Shown one piece after another: positions 1 through 9,719 of a stretch of DNA of 35,719 nucleotides. Every line of letters starts with the position of its first letter. The stretch's first letter is position 1. This DNA is from a bacterium. Lineage in GTDB: Bacteria > Patescibacteriota > JACMRA01. The translations under genes and the position numbers were made by a program. The stretch is taken from contig JAYUKQ010000099.1 of NCBI GenBank assembly GCA_043764315.1, positions 1 to 35,719 of the forward strand. Reading direction: 5' to 3'. A model generated the notes under the pieces. It ran no database searches, was not told the DNA's origin, and saw only the letters and a list, made by a program, of their open reading frames with translations.

Positions 1-170
1 CATCCTTCACAATTTGATTAATATTTTTAGGTTTGCGTACACAAAATCCTTGCCATATATTAATATCATTTTGCTCCAGAAGATTCGTGGCATGTTGATA
101 CAAACTTCGCCCTCTTTGAGATTGCCCATTGACTATCAAGGCAATTTTTTTGGTGTTAATATCAATACTT

Positions 171-806
171 TTAGACATAGTAGTACTTTGAATGGAAATA
201 ATAAAACACACAAGTTGCCGACAAACCTACCATCGTTCCAGCTACCACGTCGGTAAAATAATGCACACCCAGATAAACACGACTAAATGCTACCAAAAAA
301 GCAAAAATAAGCAAAGTGATTATTAACAAATATTTTGAAATACGTGATATCTTGGTGCTAAAATATACAACAATCGCTAGTATGGGAAAAGCAGCAAAAG
401 CTGTAGTAGTGTGACCAGATGGAAAACTAAAACCATACTCAACCACCAATCTACTTGTAAGCTCTGGTCTATTCCTGGCAATAAGCAACTTAACCAGCTC
501 GACAGTCAACGCAGATCCTATAGCTGCAACCAAAAGTCCAAACATCAACTGTATCTTTTTATAAAAAAACAAGTAAGTTGCAATAAATCCAATAACAAAA
601 ACTCCACCAATCATACCAATATTAGAAATAATTTTCATTACCGCAGTCAAAATAGGATTACGTAGACTTATTACCCAAGTATTTATAGCCAAATCCAGTT
701 GGTAAATTTTATTTTCTATCATTTCTCTGGCAAGATATATCGAGACAAACAGCACAATTAGTGTTATTATATACGAGTAATATGGTTTTATAATTGTGAT
801 AGTCAT
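171..806 (-). CDS. PAP2 family membrane phosphatase
   Basis: KLLIARNRP, SFPSGH and SRVYLGVHYFTDV match the three PAP2 motifs; multiple TM helices. ATG at 806 preferred to GTG at 851. Confidence 0.9.
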   Translation of the reverse strand: MTITIIKPYYSYIITLIVLFVSIYLAREMIENKIYQLDLAINTWVISLRNPILTAVMKIISNIGMIGGVFVIGFIATYLFFYKKIQLMFGLLVAAIGSALTVELVKLLIARNRPELTSRLVVEYGFSFPSGHTTTAFAAFPILAIVVYFSTKISRISKYLLIITLLIFAFLVAFSRVYLGVHYFTDVVAGTMVGLSATCVFYYFHSKYYYV

Positions 807-883
807 AACCAAATATTTGGAATTAAGATTATAATTGTATACTCCTTTCACAAAAAATAAAGACTACTATTTAATCACAAAAT

Positions 884-974
884 GAACCCCAGTCAGTCTT
901 TAGACTGCCAGCCCCTTAACAAGGGGCAATTTGGTGCGAATTCACTTTGAACTGTAATTAGTAAAACAGATATA
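884..974 (+). repeat. REP-like palindromic element, long copy (near-copy at 35632-35719)
   Basis: aaccccagtcagtctttagactgccagccccttaacaaggggcaatttggtgcgaattcactttgaactgtaattagt closely matches aacccagtcaacttcgctgccagccccttaacaagaggcaatttggtgtgaattaattttgaactgtaattagt. Confidence 0.85.
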
Positions 975-998
975 ATGTTTGCAAACTTCATACTTCGC

Positions 999-1859
999 CT
1001 AAACCCCAGTCAACTCCTTACATTTTTTAGCAAGTTGGTTGGCTAATTCCATGTTCAAAGACAACTCCGACGATTGAACTACTTTGCAGTTTGACCAATA
1101 TTTGCCAGTAATCTGACCAGCTTCTTGAGATAAAGCTAAATGAATTGAAGTCTTAGCTCCTTCACTAGCGGGTTTTGTAAAAATATAAAAAATATGTAAC
1201 AGAACTTTCCATAATTTGTTTTGGGTTTGTGATCCAAGATTAGTTCGAATAATTCCAGGATGAAGGCAATTAACTGTAACATTAGTGTCAGCAAGCTCTT
1301 TGGCCAATCTAAAAGTGAGGAGATTGCGATACAAATTACTATTGCTATATAACCCAACTCCAATTAAAACTTTGTTGGTTTGAGCTTGAATACTATCTAA
1401 TTCAAATTTGGCATTTTGGTGTGCCATTGAAGAAAGGTTGATTATTCTACCAGCCGAGCTTGCAACAACTAAAGGTGTAAGAATAGTGTTAAAAATGTAC
1501 TGGGACAAAACATTAACTTGAAAATGTGCCTCAATATTATCATCAGTTAGCCTATAATCAGGTTCCATTATACCAGCATTATTGATAATGGTATCGATAA
1601 TTCGGTACTTTCCCAGAATCAAATTAGCAGATGACTTAATAGATTCAATAAATTCCAGATCGCATTGAAACAAATCAATTTGGCAGGAAGGATTAATAGC
1701 CTCAAGCTCTTTTTTGAGTTCTTCGCCTTTGATCATATTTCGCACTGGCAAAATTAAAATCGAAGCATGTTTGACAAGTTCTTGAACTGTAGCTCTACCA
1801 ATTCCTGATGTTGATCCTGTAATTAGTACGATTTTTGAGGTTTTGGTTATGTTAGACAT
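999..1859 (-). CDS. SDR family NAD(P)-dependent oxidoreductase (retinol dehydrogenase/WWOX-like)
   Basis: ITGSTSGIG Rossmann motif, INNAG, NLSS, HPG; the catalytic YxxxK reads YSNSN. Confidence 0.9.
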   Translation of the reverse strand: MSNITKTSKIVLITGSTSGIGRATVQELVKHASILILPVRNMIKGEELKKELEAINPSCQIDLFQCDLEFIESIKSSANLILGKYRIIDTIINNAGIMEPDYRLTDDNIEAHFQVNVLSQYIFNTILTPLVVASSAGRIINLSSMAHQNAKFELDSIQAQTNKVLIGVGLYSNSNLYRNLLTFRLAKELADTNVTVNCLHPGIIRTNLGSQTQNKLWKVLLHIFYIFTKPASEGAKTSIHLALSQEAGQITGKYWSNCKVVQSSELSLNMELANQLAKKCKELTGV

Positions 1860-1916
1860 ATTATTTAAAGATTATGAATTGTTATTACTAATAATTGTTT
1901 GATAGTAGTGCAGTTT

Positions 1917-2270
1917 TTATTGAACAAAGTTTTTTTGCCATTCACTTTCTACAAATCCAAGTAGCAATTCATCATCATTCATTTCCACAATCGGTCTTTT
2001 GATACTAGTTGGAGTTTTGAGCATAAACTCGATTGCAGTTACTTGATCAACAACTTTTTCTTTTTCCGATTCCAAAGCTTTTTTCCACATCATTCCTGCG
2101 CGGTTGAGTACCTTTTCCCAGCCAAGTTCCTGACACCATGTTTGCAAATGATCTATATCTATTCCTTGTTTTTTGTAATCCCAAAAAGTATATTCAATTT
2201 GGTTTTGTTCAAGGCATTTTTTAGCTTTAATAACAGTTTGGCAGTTAGTTATTCCATATAGTGTGATCAT
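1917..2270 (-). CDS. ArsC/Spx/YffB family protein
   Basis: TLYGITNCQTVIKAKK...DYKKQG...IKRPIVE...LLGF pattern of YffB/ArsC-like proteins. Confidence 0.88.
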   Translation of the reverse strand: MITLYGITNCQTVIKAKKCLEQNQIEYTFWDYKKQGIDIDHLQTWCQELGWEKVLNRAGMMWKKALESEKEKVVDQVTAIEFMLKTPTSIKRPIVEMNDDELLLGFVESEWQKNFVQ

Positions 2271-2368
2271 AGCAAAATTAAAGTTGGCATTAGATTATTG
2301 GTCAATAAGAGTTAATGAAATAATCCAAATTAGTAACTTTACTGCTTATATTTAGAACTAAATAAAAA

Positions 2369-2588
2369 TAAAAAATTCCCACTTGTAAAGGGGGTGGCGA
2401 CGAAGTCGACGGGGGTTAGTTTACTATCTTGCCCGAAAGCAAAATATGTTTAACGTAAACTAATAACCCCACCGCTTTGCGGAGCCCCTTGTTAAAGGGC
2501 AAAAACCAAATCCCCAACGTAATAATGTTTTAGTGTAAAAAATTCCCACTTGTAAAGGGGGTGGCGACGAAGTCGACGGGGGTTAGTT
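2369..2588. repeat. Cluster of REP-like elements: two identical 53-bp copies (2369-2421, 2536-2588) flanking an oppositely oriented related copy (~2464-2504)
   Basis: taaaaaattcccacttgtaaagggggtggcgacgaagtcgacgggggttagtt occurs twice; the middle element aaccccaccgctttgcggagccccttgttaaagggc has the same double-hairpin layout. Confidence 0.9.
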
Positions 2589-2637
2589 GTTTTGCAATTA
2601 GTGTTCAAAATGGAGATTAACAAATTTGATAAGGCAA

Positions 2638-3873
2638 CTAATCATATCTAAGAGCGTCAACTACTGAAAGTTTGCCAGCTTTGTAGGCTGGATAGATTCC
2701 AAAACCAACTCCAATCAAACAAGATAACACAAAAGCAATGTACACACCAAACCAAGAATATTCGCTAACCAAAGCCAAATCTGGATTGATATAATTAGCA
2801 CCTTTGACTATTAGAATTACAAAATACTGGGCTAACATTGCGCCGAATAATCCTGACAGTGCAGTCAAAGTTATGGATTCTGAAAGGAACAAAATCAAAA
2901 TATCTCTGTTTTTAGCACCGAAAGCTTTGCGAATACCAATTTCTTTAATTCTTTGAGCAACTGCCATAAGCATTACATTAAGTACACCAATTCCACCAAC
3001 TACCAATGATATAACTGCAACCAAAGCCAAAAAAGCCTGAAAAGCAACTATAACACCATTAATTGTTTCCAAGGCTGACTTAGACGAAGCTGTAGACAAC
3101 TTACGAGCAAAATCACCCGAAAAAGTTGAAGCTCTGTACACGTTAATTTCTTCCAACAAGGCTTTACTTACATAATCAATTTGATCTTCAGTCTGAACTG
3201 CGTATAAAATTTGTTGGATATTTTGTTCTTTGGCACCTCGTAATTTCCATAGCGAAGGTAAAGGAATAATAACTTCTTTTTCGTTGCCTGTAAGTGAAGT
3301 TTCACCTTCATACTCACCAATTACCTTGAACGAAGTTTTGTTGAATTCGATCCGCTCACCAAGAAGTGAAGTTTTACCTTTAACCTCTTTGGCAAATTGT
3401 TTGGTAACCAAAGCCACATTCTCGCCAGATTCGTATTCAGGTTGGTTGAAAAATCTACCTTCTACTGTTTGAATATTCTTATTTCCTGCAATTTGTTGAA
3501 AGTTAATACCAACACCGCGGACTTGTTGATTAATAGTTTCATCAAAAATATTTTTGGTTTGAGCTTGGTAACCAGCAACTGGACTTTCAGACTCAATTGG
3601 ATACTTAGACTTGATTGACTGAAAAAACTTATAATCGGCATTAGCAATTTTGGCAGTGTCAGCACGTGAATTAAAGTCGGCATTAATCGTAATTGTGGTT
3701 GGTTTTCCAATGGATTTGGTTAAGTAACCTGAAATGTAACTTTGAGCCACTTGTCCAGTAGAAAAGATTAGAGAGACAGACATGACACCAATGGCAATTC
3801 CAAGAGCTGTTAAGATTGTACGACCTTTGTTGGCGGTAAGTTCAGCCAAAGCTGATTTGATTGTTTCAAACAT
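2638..3873 (-). CDS. MacB/FtsX-family ABC transporter permease
   Basis: RTILTALGIAIGV, GGIGVLNVMLMAVAQRIKEIGIRKAFGAK, FGIYPAYKAGKLSVVDALRYD. Confidence 0.93.
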   Translation of the reverse strand: MFETIKSALAELTANKGRTILTALGIAIGVMSVSLIFSTGQVAQSYISGYLTKSIGKPTTITINADFNSRADTAKIANADYKFFQSIKSKYPIESESPVAGYQAQTKNIFDETINQQVRGVGINFQQIAGNKNIQTVEGRFFNQPEYESGENVALVTKQFAKEVKGKTSLLGERIEFNKTSFKVIGEYEGETSLTGNEKEVIIPLPSLWKLRGAKEQNIQQILYAVQTEDQIDYVSKALLEEINVYRASTFSGDFARKLSTASSKSALETINGVIVAFQAFLALVAVISLVVGGIGVLNVMLMAVAQRIKEIGIRKAFGAKNRDILILFLSESITLTALSGLFGAMLAQYFVILIVKGANYINPDLALVSEYSWFGVYIAFVLSCLIGVGFGIYPAYKAGKLSVVDALRYD

Positions 3874-3890
3874 AACGATTTAGGATTGGA

Positions 3891-5240
3891 TTATTTAGTG
3901 TTTACAAAATAGTTAATAATAGAACCAAATATTTTTATCAATTCATTTTTGTACTCTTCTTTAACACCGTAATTATTTTCTTGAAATAAATATTGAACTT
4001 CATTAGTTGGACTCACAAAAACACCATTTGGTAATTCACTCTTTGCTTTGTTAATGTTAGCTTGAACTTCTGTGTTTAGGTTACCATCTTTTTTGATTGG
4101 TTTGTCAAATATACATGCAACATTTAGGTTTATCTCTTTTAATATTGGAATAAATTTTAGCATATCAGCATCGCTACCACAGCCGTAACCCAAAAATTCA
4201 AAATTGATATTATCAAATTCACTGCTCACAAAATCATGATATCGAACTGGATCAGTTTGCCCTTCACACAGAACAATATTCTCTGCAAAAAATAATTCTT
4301 TACCAATGTTATCAAGAACAAAGGGTCTATTTTTGTTACCTGCGATTCTAACTATTTCTTTTTTACTTTTGGCAGTAAACCAATTAGCTTTGCAATCAGT
4401 GTCATATGGTTTTGACACTCTAATTACCTGACCACCATTCTTGATAGACTTCCAATCAATAAAATTAGGTGAGTGAGTTATTATTATAATCTGTGAATTA
4501 GCTGAATATTCTGAATAGATTTTTACTAATTCTTTTTGAGCTTGTGGATGCAATGACAATTCTGGTTCATCTATTACAAGGACTCTATTTTGTAAGTTAA
4601 TTAATGGCAAAAGTAATTTGAAAATTCCAATCACCCCTTCACCAAGTGTTCCAGCTTTGTGTCCTATGTTGTTGCCTGTTGTGTATTCAACATATGCTTG
4701 ATTGTTACTAAAATTAACACTGTATCCACTAAAATTAGGTACAACTCGCTTAATAAGATTAACAAATTTAGTTTTTTCAAGCTTGCCTTCAAGACTCTGC
4801 AAAACCATTACAAATTGAGAATCTAAAGTGTATTTGTGAATTTGATAATCAAAAATATTTGTTTTTCCAACTGAACCAGTGTCAGACCATAATTTGTTAG
4901 TTCCAATCTTATATGCCCTATCTTCAAAAAACCAATTAGAATCCGTGTTATCAATTATTCCTCCGCCATCAATAGCTTTCAAAGTGTGCTTTATCCCATC
5001 GCAATCCGTCAATTCCAATAAGAAGTTATTACGAGTGGATTTTTGAACCTCTTCATCATTGATTATGGAATTAAAGCGACCAAATTTGCCAATCGCGTCA
5101 AAAATTGTACTTTTACCTGAATTATTGGATCCAACAATTATATTGAGACCAGAACCATATTTACCACAAGGTAAACTAAACTCTATAATAGTTTTACTTT
5201 GAAATCCTTTATAATTTTGGATAATTAATTTTTGGAGCAT
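3891..5240 (-). CDS. OLD-family ATP-dependent nuclease (ABC ATPase + TOPRIM)
   Basis: Walker A GSNNSGKST, Walker B/D-loop VIDEPELSLHPQAQ, H-loop ITHSP, then TOPRIM start LFFAENIVLCEGQTD and CIFD. Confidence 0.82.
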   Translation of the reverse strand: MLQKLIIQNYKGFQSKTIIEFSLPCGKYGSGLNIIVGSNNSGKSTIFDAIGKFGRFNSIINDEEVQKSTRNNFLLELTDCDGIKHTLKAIDGGGIIDNTDSNWFFEDRAYKIGTNKLWSDTGSVGKTNIFDYQIHKYTLDSQFVMVLQSLEGKLEKTKFVNLIKRVVPNFSGYSVNFSNNQAYVEYTTGNNIGHKAGTLGEGVIGIFKLLLPLINLQNRVLVIDEPELSLHPQAQKELVKIYSEYSANSQIIIITHSPNFIDWKSIKNGGQVIRVSKPYDTDCKANWFTAKSKKEIVRIAGNKNRPFVLDNIGKELFFAENIVLCEGQTDPVRYHDFVSSEFDNINFEFLGYGCGSDADMLKFIPILKEINLNVACIFDKPIKKDGNLNTEVQANINKAKSELPNGVFVSPTNEVQYLFQENNYGVKEEYKNELIKIFGSIINYFVNTK

Positions 5241-5334
5241 ATTGTTGGTTTGTGTTAAAAAAAATCTACTGCCTGATTTGTTAATCTTTTATTTGGATAA
5301 AATATTTTTGAGCATAATCCAGATAGTTTTATTT

Positions 5335-6021
5335 TTACTCATCCACAACTAATCCGTCTTTGAGTCTAATTACCCGATTAAAATGAGAAGCCAAATCATC
5401 GTCATGAGTTACAAAAATTACAGTTTTGCCAAATTCTGAATTGAGTCTAAAAATCTCTGCCATAACCTGATCAGTTGTCTTGGAATCCAGTGCTCCTGTA
5501 GGTTCATCACCAATAATAATATCAGGATCATTGACTAGACTTCTAGCCATAGCTACACGTTGTTGTTGCCCACCTGAAAGTAACTTGGGTAGTTTTTTGG
5601 CTTGATCAACTATATCAAATTTTTCTAATAATTCCATAGCAATCGTGTTACGGTTATGCCACTTAGAGCGATCAGAACTGTAGTATAATGGAGCTGTAAC
5701 ATTATCAATTACATTAAGCTTAGGTAAAAGATTAAACTGTTGAAAAATAAAACCAAAAGTCTTATTGCGAGTAATTGCTCTTTCTCTGTCTGAAAGCTTA
5801 GCAACATCTTTGCCGTTTAGAAAATACTGACCAGCCGTCGGAAAATCCAAAAGTCCCAATATATTAAGAAGCGTGGATTTGCCGGAGCCAGACTTACCAA
5901 GAAGTGCCATTGTTTCACCACGTGCAATCTCCAGATCGATACCTTTGATTACTAGTTGTTGCTGTTTTTCCACTTGATAGAACTTCTGGATTCCGTGAAA
6001 TGTAATTATATTATCAGTCAT
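5335..6021 (-). CDS. ABC transporter ATP-binding protein (LolD/MacB type)
   Basis: [45 protein letters not shown]. Confidence 0.95.
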   Translation of the reverse strand: MTDNIITFHGIQKFYQVEKQQQLVIKGIDLEIARGETMALLGKSGSGKSTLLNILGLLDFPTAGQYFLNGKDVAKLSDRERAITRNKTFGFIFQQFNLLPKLNVIDNVTAPLYYSSDRSKWHNRNTIAMELLEKFDIVDQAKKLPKLLSGGQQQRVAMARSLVNDPDIIIGDEPTGALDSKTTDQVMAEIFRLNSEFGKTVIFVTHDDDLASHFNRVIRLKDGLVVDE

Positions 6022-6023
6022 AA

Positions 6024-8102
6024 TTATTTAACCAAATTTGCATCTTGTAGTTCTTGTTTATCTTTTTCAACTTTAGGAAATATACTAAAAACAAAATCAC
6101 CTTCGTTAATACCAGATTTGATTTCGACGTTTCGACCATCATCAAGTCCAGCTTCTACATTAATTGCTTTGATAGATTTGAATTTGTAAGTTTTGATCAT
6201 TTCGGATGCTTGATTATTACTGTTTTGACCAAGAGAACGAGTATTAATTCTAGGAACTCCGTTTCGACCAAGACTAACTGGACCGCGACCTTGTTGCTGC
6301 GAAGCTTGACCTTGTTGCTCTACTGGATCAATGCCAACATAAATTTGACCATCAAATAAACTACTTGTTGGCACGATTAGAACTTGCTTTTGTTCGCCAA
6401 GAATTACGTCAACGTTGGACGTCTCACCGCTAGAGAATTGATACTTGTCAGTCTGTAGAAGATTAACAAAAACATCATATTCTAGCGCTGTAACAGTTGC
6501 TGTCGTTGGATTGGGTGCAAGATTCAATTCACTAATTGTCAGATTATCAAGTTCTGGATACTTGTCCACTTTGACATTTTGACCAATTTTGACCTTGGAG
6601 CGATTATCAGCAGAAACCACGAATCTAAGACGATATTCACCAGAGACAACCTTAATTACATTCTCACGAGAAGCAGCCACTAATCCTTGTTGCTTATAAA
6701 CTCTTGCTACAACACCAGATTTTTTGGCAGAGATAGATTTATTTTTATCTTGTTTGGTGACATCTTCTTGAGTATCAGCTAATGATTTTTGGGCATTATT
6801 AAGGCTTACTTTGGCAGCGGCATTTTTTTGATCTGTTCCAGAAGCGGTTTGGTCAAGTTGAGATTTGGTTACACCTTGTTGAGTTTCTAGGTCACGAATT
6901 ACTTTTTCTTTGGCGAGAATTTGTTCATCGTAAGTTTTGACTTCTTGACTGTCATCAATCTGTTTGATCCAAGTTTTGCGACTAGTTATATCAGACTTAT
7001 ATTCTTGTTTTTGAGTATCCAAACGAGTATTTTTGGCTTGATCTGTAATATTAGTGTTAATGTCAGCTAGAACTGGTCGTTGATAAAAACTACTATTCTT
7101 GAGACGGTCAATCTTGGCTTGCAAGTCGTTAATCTGTGAACTCAAATCGCTAGAATTAGATGTAGCTTGATTGTTGGCATTATTAGCTTGTTGTTGAGTC
7201 AAAGCCAAGTTGTCGCTGGCTGTTTTGAACTGTGAATAAAGAGCGTTACAGTTAACTACACTGAATTGTGAAGCAGCGGAAGAAGTGCTAGATAATGGAA
7301 TTGGATTACCATTTGGACATTGAGTTGTGAATTGAGTGGAAAGTGAATCAACTTGTTGTCGCTGGGTGTTAGCTTGTACTTGAGCTGCAAGAGGTTGGTT
7401 ACTTGGAGTGGTAGAATCTCTCTGTCGACGCAAAACATCAATTTTGTCTTGATATTGCCTAATCGCATCGTTGACATCTCGAGTGTTTTCAATTTCGGCG
7501 TATTGTTTTTCTAATTCAGTTTTTTCAATTTCATATTTAGTTTTTTTGTCGGCTAATTCTTTGGCTTTGTCTTCACGGCGTTGAATTAATTCATTGTATT
7601 CAGTATATCTATTCTTTAGATTAGTACTCATTTGAGACATATTAGCTTCAGTAACTTTTCTAGTATCGCCCAGAGATCGGTTGTTATTAACAATTTCTTG
7701 ATTAATAGTTTTGATTTGGTTTTCGACTGTTGTCGTTCTAACTTTGGCAGTTTCGTTAACAAAATCTAATTTGGCTAGAATTTGACCTTCACTAACTTTA
7801 TCACCAACTTTGACTGATATTTCTTTTAGTTCAGAATCTTGATACACTGGTAGATCATAATCGTAAGTATATTCAGCCGTGGCTTGAACCGAAATCTTCT
7901 TGGAAACGTCGCCTTTAATAACTGCAACAGCTTGAGATTGTTGAGAGGATTTTTTGGCAGAAGGAAAATAAGTCAAAAAAATTGGAACTAAAAGTAAAGC
8001 TAACAATAATAAAGGAATTGTAATTTTCCAGATCCAGCTAATTATGAATTTGATCCAACTCCAGATTTTGGCAAGAATTGAAGTTGAGTTGTTTTTGAAC
8101 AT
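6024..8102 (-). CDS. MacA/HlyD-like periplasmic adaptor with very long coiled-coil hairpin
   Basis: N-terminal TM; lipoyl half-motifs ISVKVGDKVSEGQILAKLD and ISAKKSGVVARV; C-terminal VLIVPTSSL...VEAGLDDGRNVEIKSGINEGDFV; about 340 aa Q/K/E/N-rich helical insert. Confidence 0.85.
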   Translation of the reverse strand: MFKNNSTSILAKIWSWIKFIISWIWKITIPLLLLALLLVPIFLTYFPSAKKSSQQSQAVAVIKGDVSKKISVQATAEYTYDYDLPVYQDSELKEISVKVGDKVSEGQILAKLDFVNETAKVRTTTVENQIKTINQEIVNNNRSLGDTRKVTEANMSQMSTNLKNRYTEYNELIQRREDKAKELADKKTKYEIEKTELEKQYAEIENTRDVNDAIRQYQDKIDVLRRQRDSTTPSNQPLAAQVQANTQRQQVDSLSTQFTTQCPNGNPIPLSSTSSAASQFSVVNCNALYSQFKTASDNLALTQQQANNANNQATSNSSDLSSQINDLQAKIDRLKNSSFYQRPVLADINTNITDQAKNTRLDTQKQEYKSDITSRKTWIKQIDDSQEVKTYDEQILAKEKVIRDLETQQGVTKSQLDQTASGTDQKNAAAKVSLNNAQKSLADTQEDVTKQDKNKSISAKKSGVVARVYKQQGLVAASRENVIKVVSGEYRLRFVVSADNRSKVKIGQNVKVDKYPELDNLTISELNLAPNPTTATVTALEYDVFVNLLQTDKYQFSSGETSNVDVILGEQKQVLIVPTSSLFDGQIYVGIDPVEQQGQASQQQGRGPVSLGRNGVPRINTRSLGQNSNNQASEMIKTYKFKSIKAINVEAGLDDGRNVEIKSGINEGDFVFSIFPKVEKDKQELQDANLVK

Positions 8103-8153
8103 ATTTGGGAATAAATTAGTTTTGAAGTTAAGTTAAAATTATAGAATTAAATC

Positions 8154-8182
8154 TGTCATCGTGAACATTGATTTTGGGATCC
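8154..8182 (+). repeat. Degenerate REP-like element (GTCATCCTGAAC...GGATCT family)
   Basis: tgtcatcgtgaacattgattttgggatcc; 20 bp identical to 34667-34686. Confidence 0.6.
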
Positions 8183-8200
8183 AAAAAAACTATAAAGGTT

Positions 8201-8629
8201 TTAAACTCTAATTCTGTTGAGAATAATTAGCAGTTGACTAAGCTCTAATTCAGATAATGATTCATACATTTCTGCCATAGTTGTATCGTGTTCTTTTTTC
8301 ATTTTTTGATGCATTGTCTGTCCGAATTCGGAAAGTTCTATATACACAGTTCGCCTATCGGTAGGATTATAACGCCTAACAACTATTTTATGCTCAACCA
8401 GCTTATCGACTAATTGAGTTGCGCCAGCAGCTTTGAGGTTCATTGTCGTTGACAAATCAGACATTTTAATAGATTTGAATTTACCGATTATAAGGTAAGC
8501 TTCGAGCTGCAAAATGGTAAGATCAGTAACTATATTCTTACCTTTGGACATCAGTTTATGGTGAAAAGAATCACGTAAAACATCCATCTGATCAATAATC
8601 TGTTGAGTTAATTCAAGTTTGGAATTCAT
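8201..8629 (-). CDS. MarR family transcriptional regulator
   Basis: LTILQLEAY...ATQLVDKLVEHKIVVRRYNPTDRRTVYIELSEFG winged helix with DRR motif; heads the exporter operon. Confidence 0.92.
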   Translation of the reverse strand: MNSKLELTQQIIDQMDVLRDSFHHKLMSKGKNIVTDLTILQLEAYLIIGKFKSIKMSDLSTTMNLKAAGATQLVDKLVEHKIVVRRYNPTDRRTVYIELSEFGQTMHQKMKKEHDTTMAEMYESLSELELSQLLIILNRIRV

Positions 8630-8640
8630 ACATACAACTA

Positions 8641-8661
8641 ATAGTTAATGTTATTAAGTAT
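8641..8661. promoter_or_regulatory. Probable MarR operator overlapping the marR promoter (-35 TTGACA at 8680-8685, minus strand)
   Basis: Imperfect palindrome atagttaat-gtt-attaagtat between the predicted -10 region and the marR start. Confidence 0.6.
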
Positions 8662-8781
8662 CTATAAGATTAACCCTGTTGTCAACAATAGCTAATGAAT
8701 AATAGTAATTATACTAATAATACTACCCTTCTTCCACAAAAACAACTCTACGATGACTGAAGATGATAGTTTTTTGGGTAT

Positions 8782-8827
8782 AAAAATTCCCTCTTTTGGA
8801 GGGGTGAAACGAGGTGTCAGGAGGTAT
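8782..8827 (-). repeat. Degenerate REP-like element
   Basis: aaaaattccctcttttggaggggtgaaacgaggtgtcaggagg resembles the 2369-2421 element. Confidence 0.55.
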
Positions 8828-8885
8828 CTGAATAATTACTAATTTTTTGGATTCTAGGTCACAATTACAAGTATAAACAAAATAA

Positions 8886-9584
8886 CTACACTAAGCCAAG
8901 TTGAAGTTTGAGGTTCTCTGGGGCAAAAGACATTGCAAGTTTTTGGGCAATATCTTGATTGAGTATATCTTTTTTGAATATAAGTTGTATTCCACTTGGA
9001 CAAGATTCATCTTCTAAAATCACAAAAGCAATTTTGCCGCTAGTTCTAATAGTTTTGACTCTACCTGCAACTGTAATATTCTGCTTTGGACGGATTGATA
9101 AGTCTACGCTTTCGCCAGTATTTTCTTCACCATTTAGTTCAGCTTTGTCTACAACCAGTGAATAGAATAAGTCTTCTTTTTCAGCTTTATTCTTATCTTG
9201 AAGACTAGGAAGTAAAGCTCGAATTTCCTGCACCAAGTTCTCATCGTAATTGACATCAGTTGTGTCTATATCTTTGTCTGGATCCATACCCATTTGGCGG
9301 ACTGTATGACGCATTTGGATTTTTTCTTCAAAGGTTTCTACAAGTGTCGGTGGAAACATAGCTTGGTACAGATAATGCTCGAGAAGAAAATTAGTCTCAT
9401 CAGACTGTAACTTAGTAAGGTCAAACTTGTGAATGAAATCAAACCAGAATTTGACGAATCCAAGTTCAAAATCACGATGACTTACAACTGGAAAAGGATC
9501 AAAATTGTTTGCTTTTAGTTCATCCATTTTTTGGAGACGAATACTACGTTGAGCTTGAATATTGGAAGTATTGGAATTGGACAT
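8886..9584 (-). CDS. lysS: Lysyl-tRNA synthetase N-terminal subunit (N-helix plus first half of anticodon-binding OB fold)
   Basis: RSIRLQKMDELKANNFDPFP corresponds to the LysRS N-terminal helix; ITVAGRVKTIRTSGKIAFVILEDES..GIQLIFKKD corresponds to OB strands 1-3; about 130 aa insertion; ends in TAG. Confidence 0.85.
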   Translation of the reverse strand: MSNSNTSNIQAQRSIRLQKMDELKANNFDPFPVVSHRDFELGFVKFWFDFIHKFDLTKLQSDETNFLLEHYLYQAMFPPTLVETFEEKIQMRHTVRQMGMDPDKDIDTTDVNYDENLVQEIRALLPSLQDKNKAEKEDLFYSLVVDKAELNGEENTGESVDLSIRPKQNITVAGRVKTIRTSGKIAFVILEDESCPSGIQLIFKKDILNQDIAQKLAMSFAPENLKLQLGLV

Positions 9585-9635
9585 TTGGATTGGAGATTAT
9601 TAAAATTTGATTGGAGGTTTGATCAATTTGGGTTA

Positions 9636-9680
9636 GTACCCCTTCTAAGGGGTCAAAGCGATAGCTTTGGGGGTTTAGGT
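9636..9680 (-). repeat. REP-like double hairpin between the two lysS pieces
   Basis: accccttctaaggggt followed by caaagcgatagctttg and ggggtt; same architecture as the 884 and 2369 elements. Confidence 0.65.
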
Positions 9681-9719
9681 TAAGTCTGACATCTTTACGC
9701 AATATTAAACCAAAAAATA

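Noticed and set aside
2369-2588. Possible CRISPR array
   Set aside because: Only two 53-bp copies 114 bp apart, the intervening DNA holds an inverted related element, and there are no cas genes.
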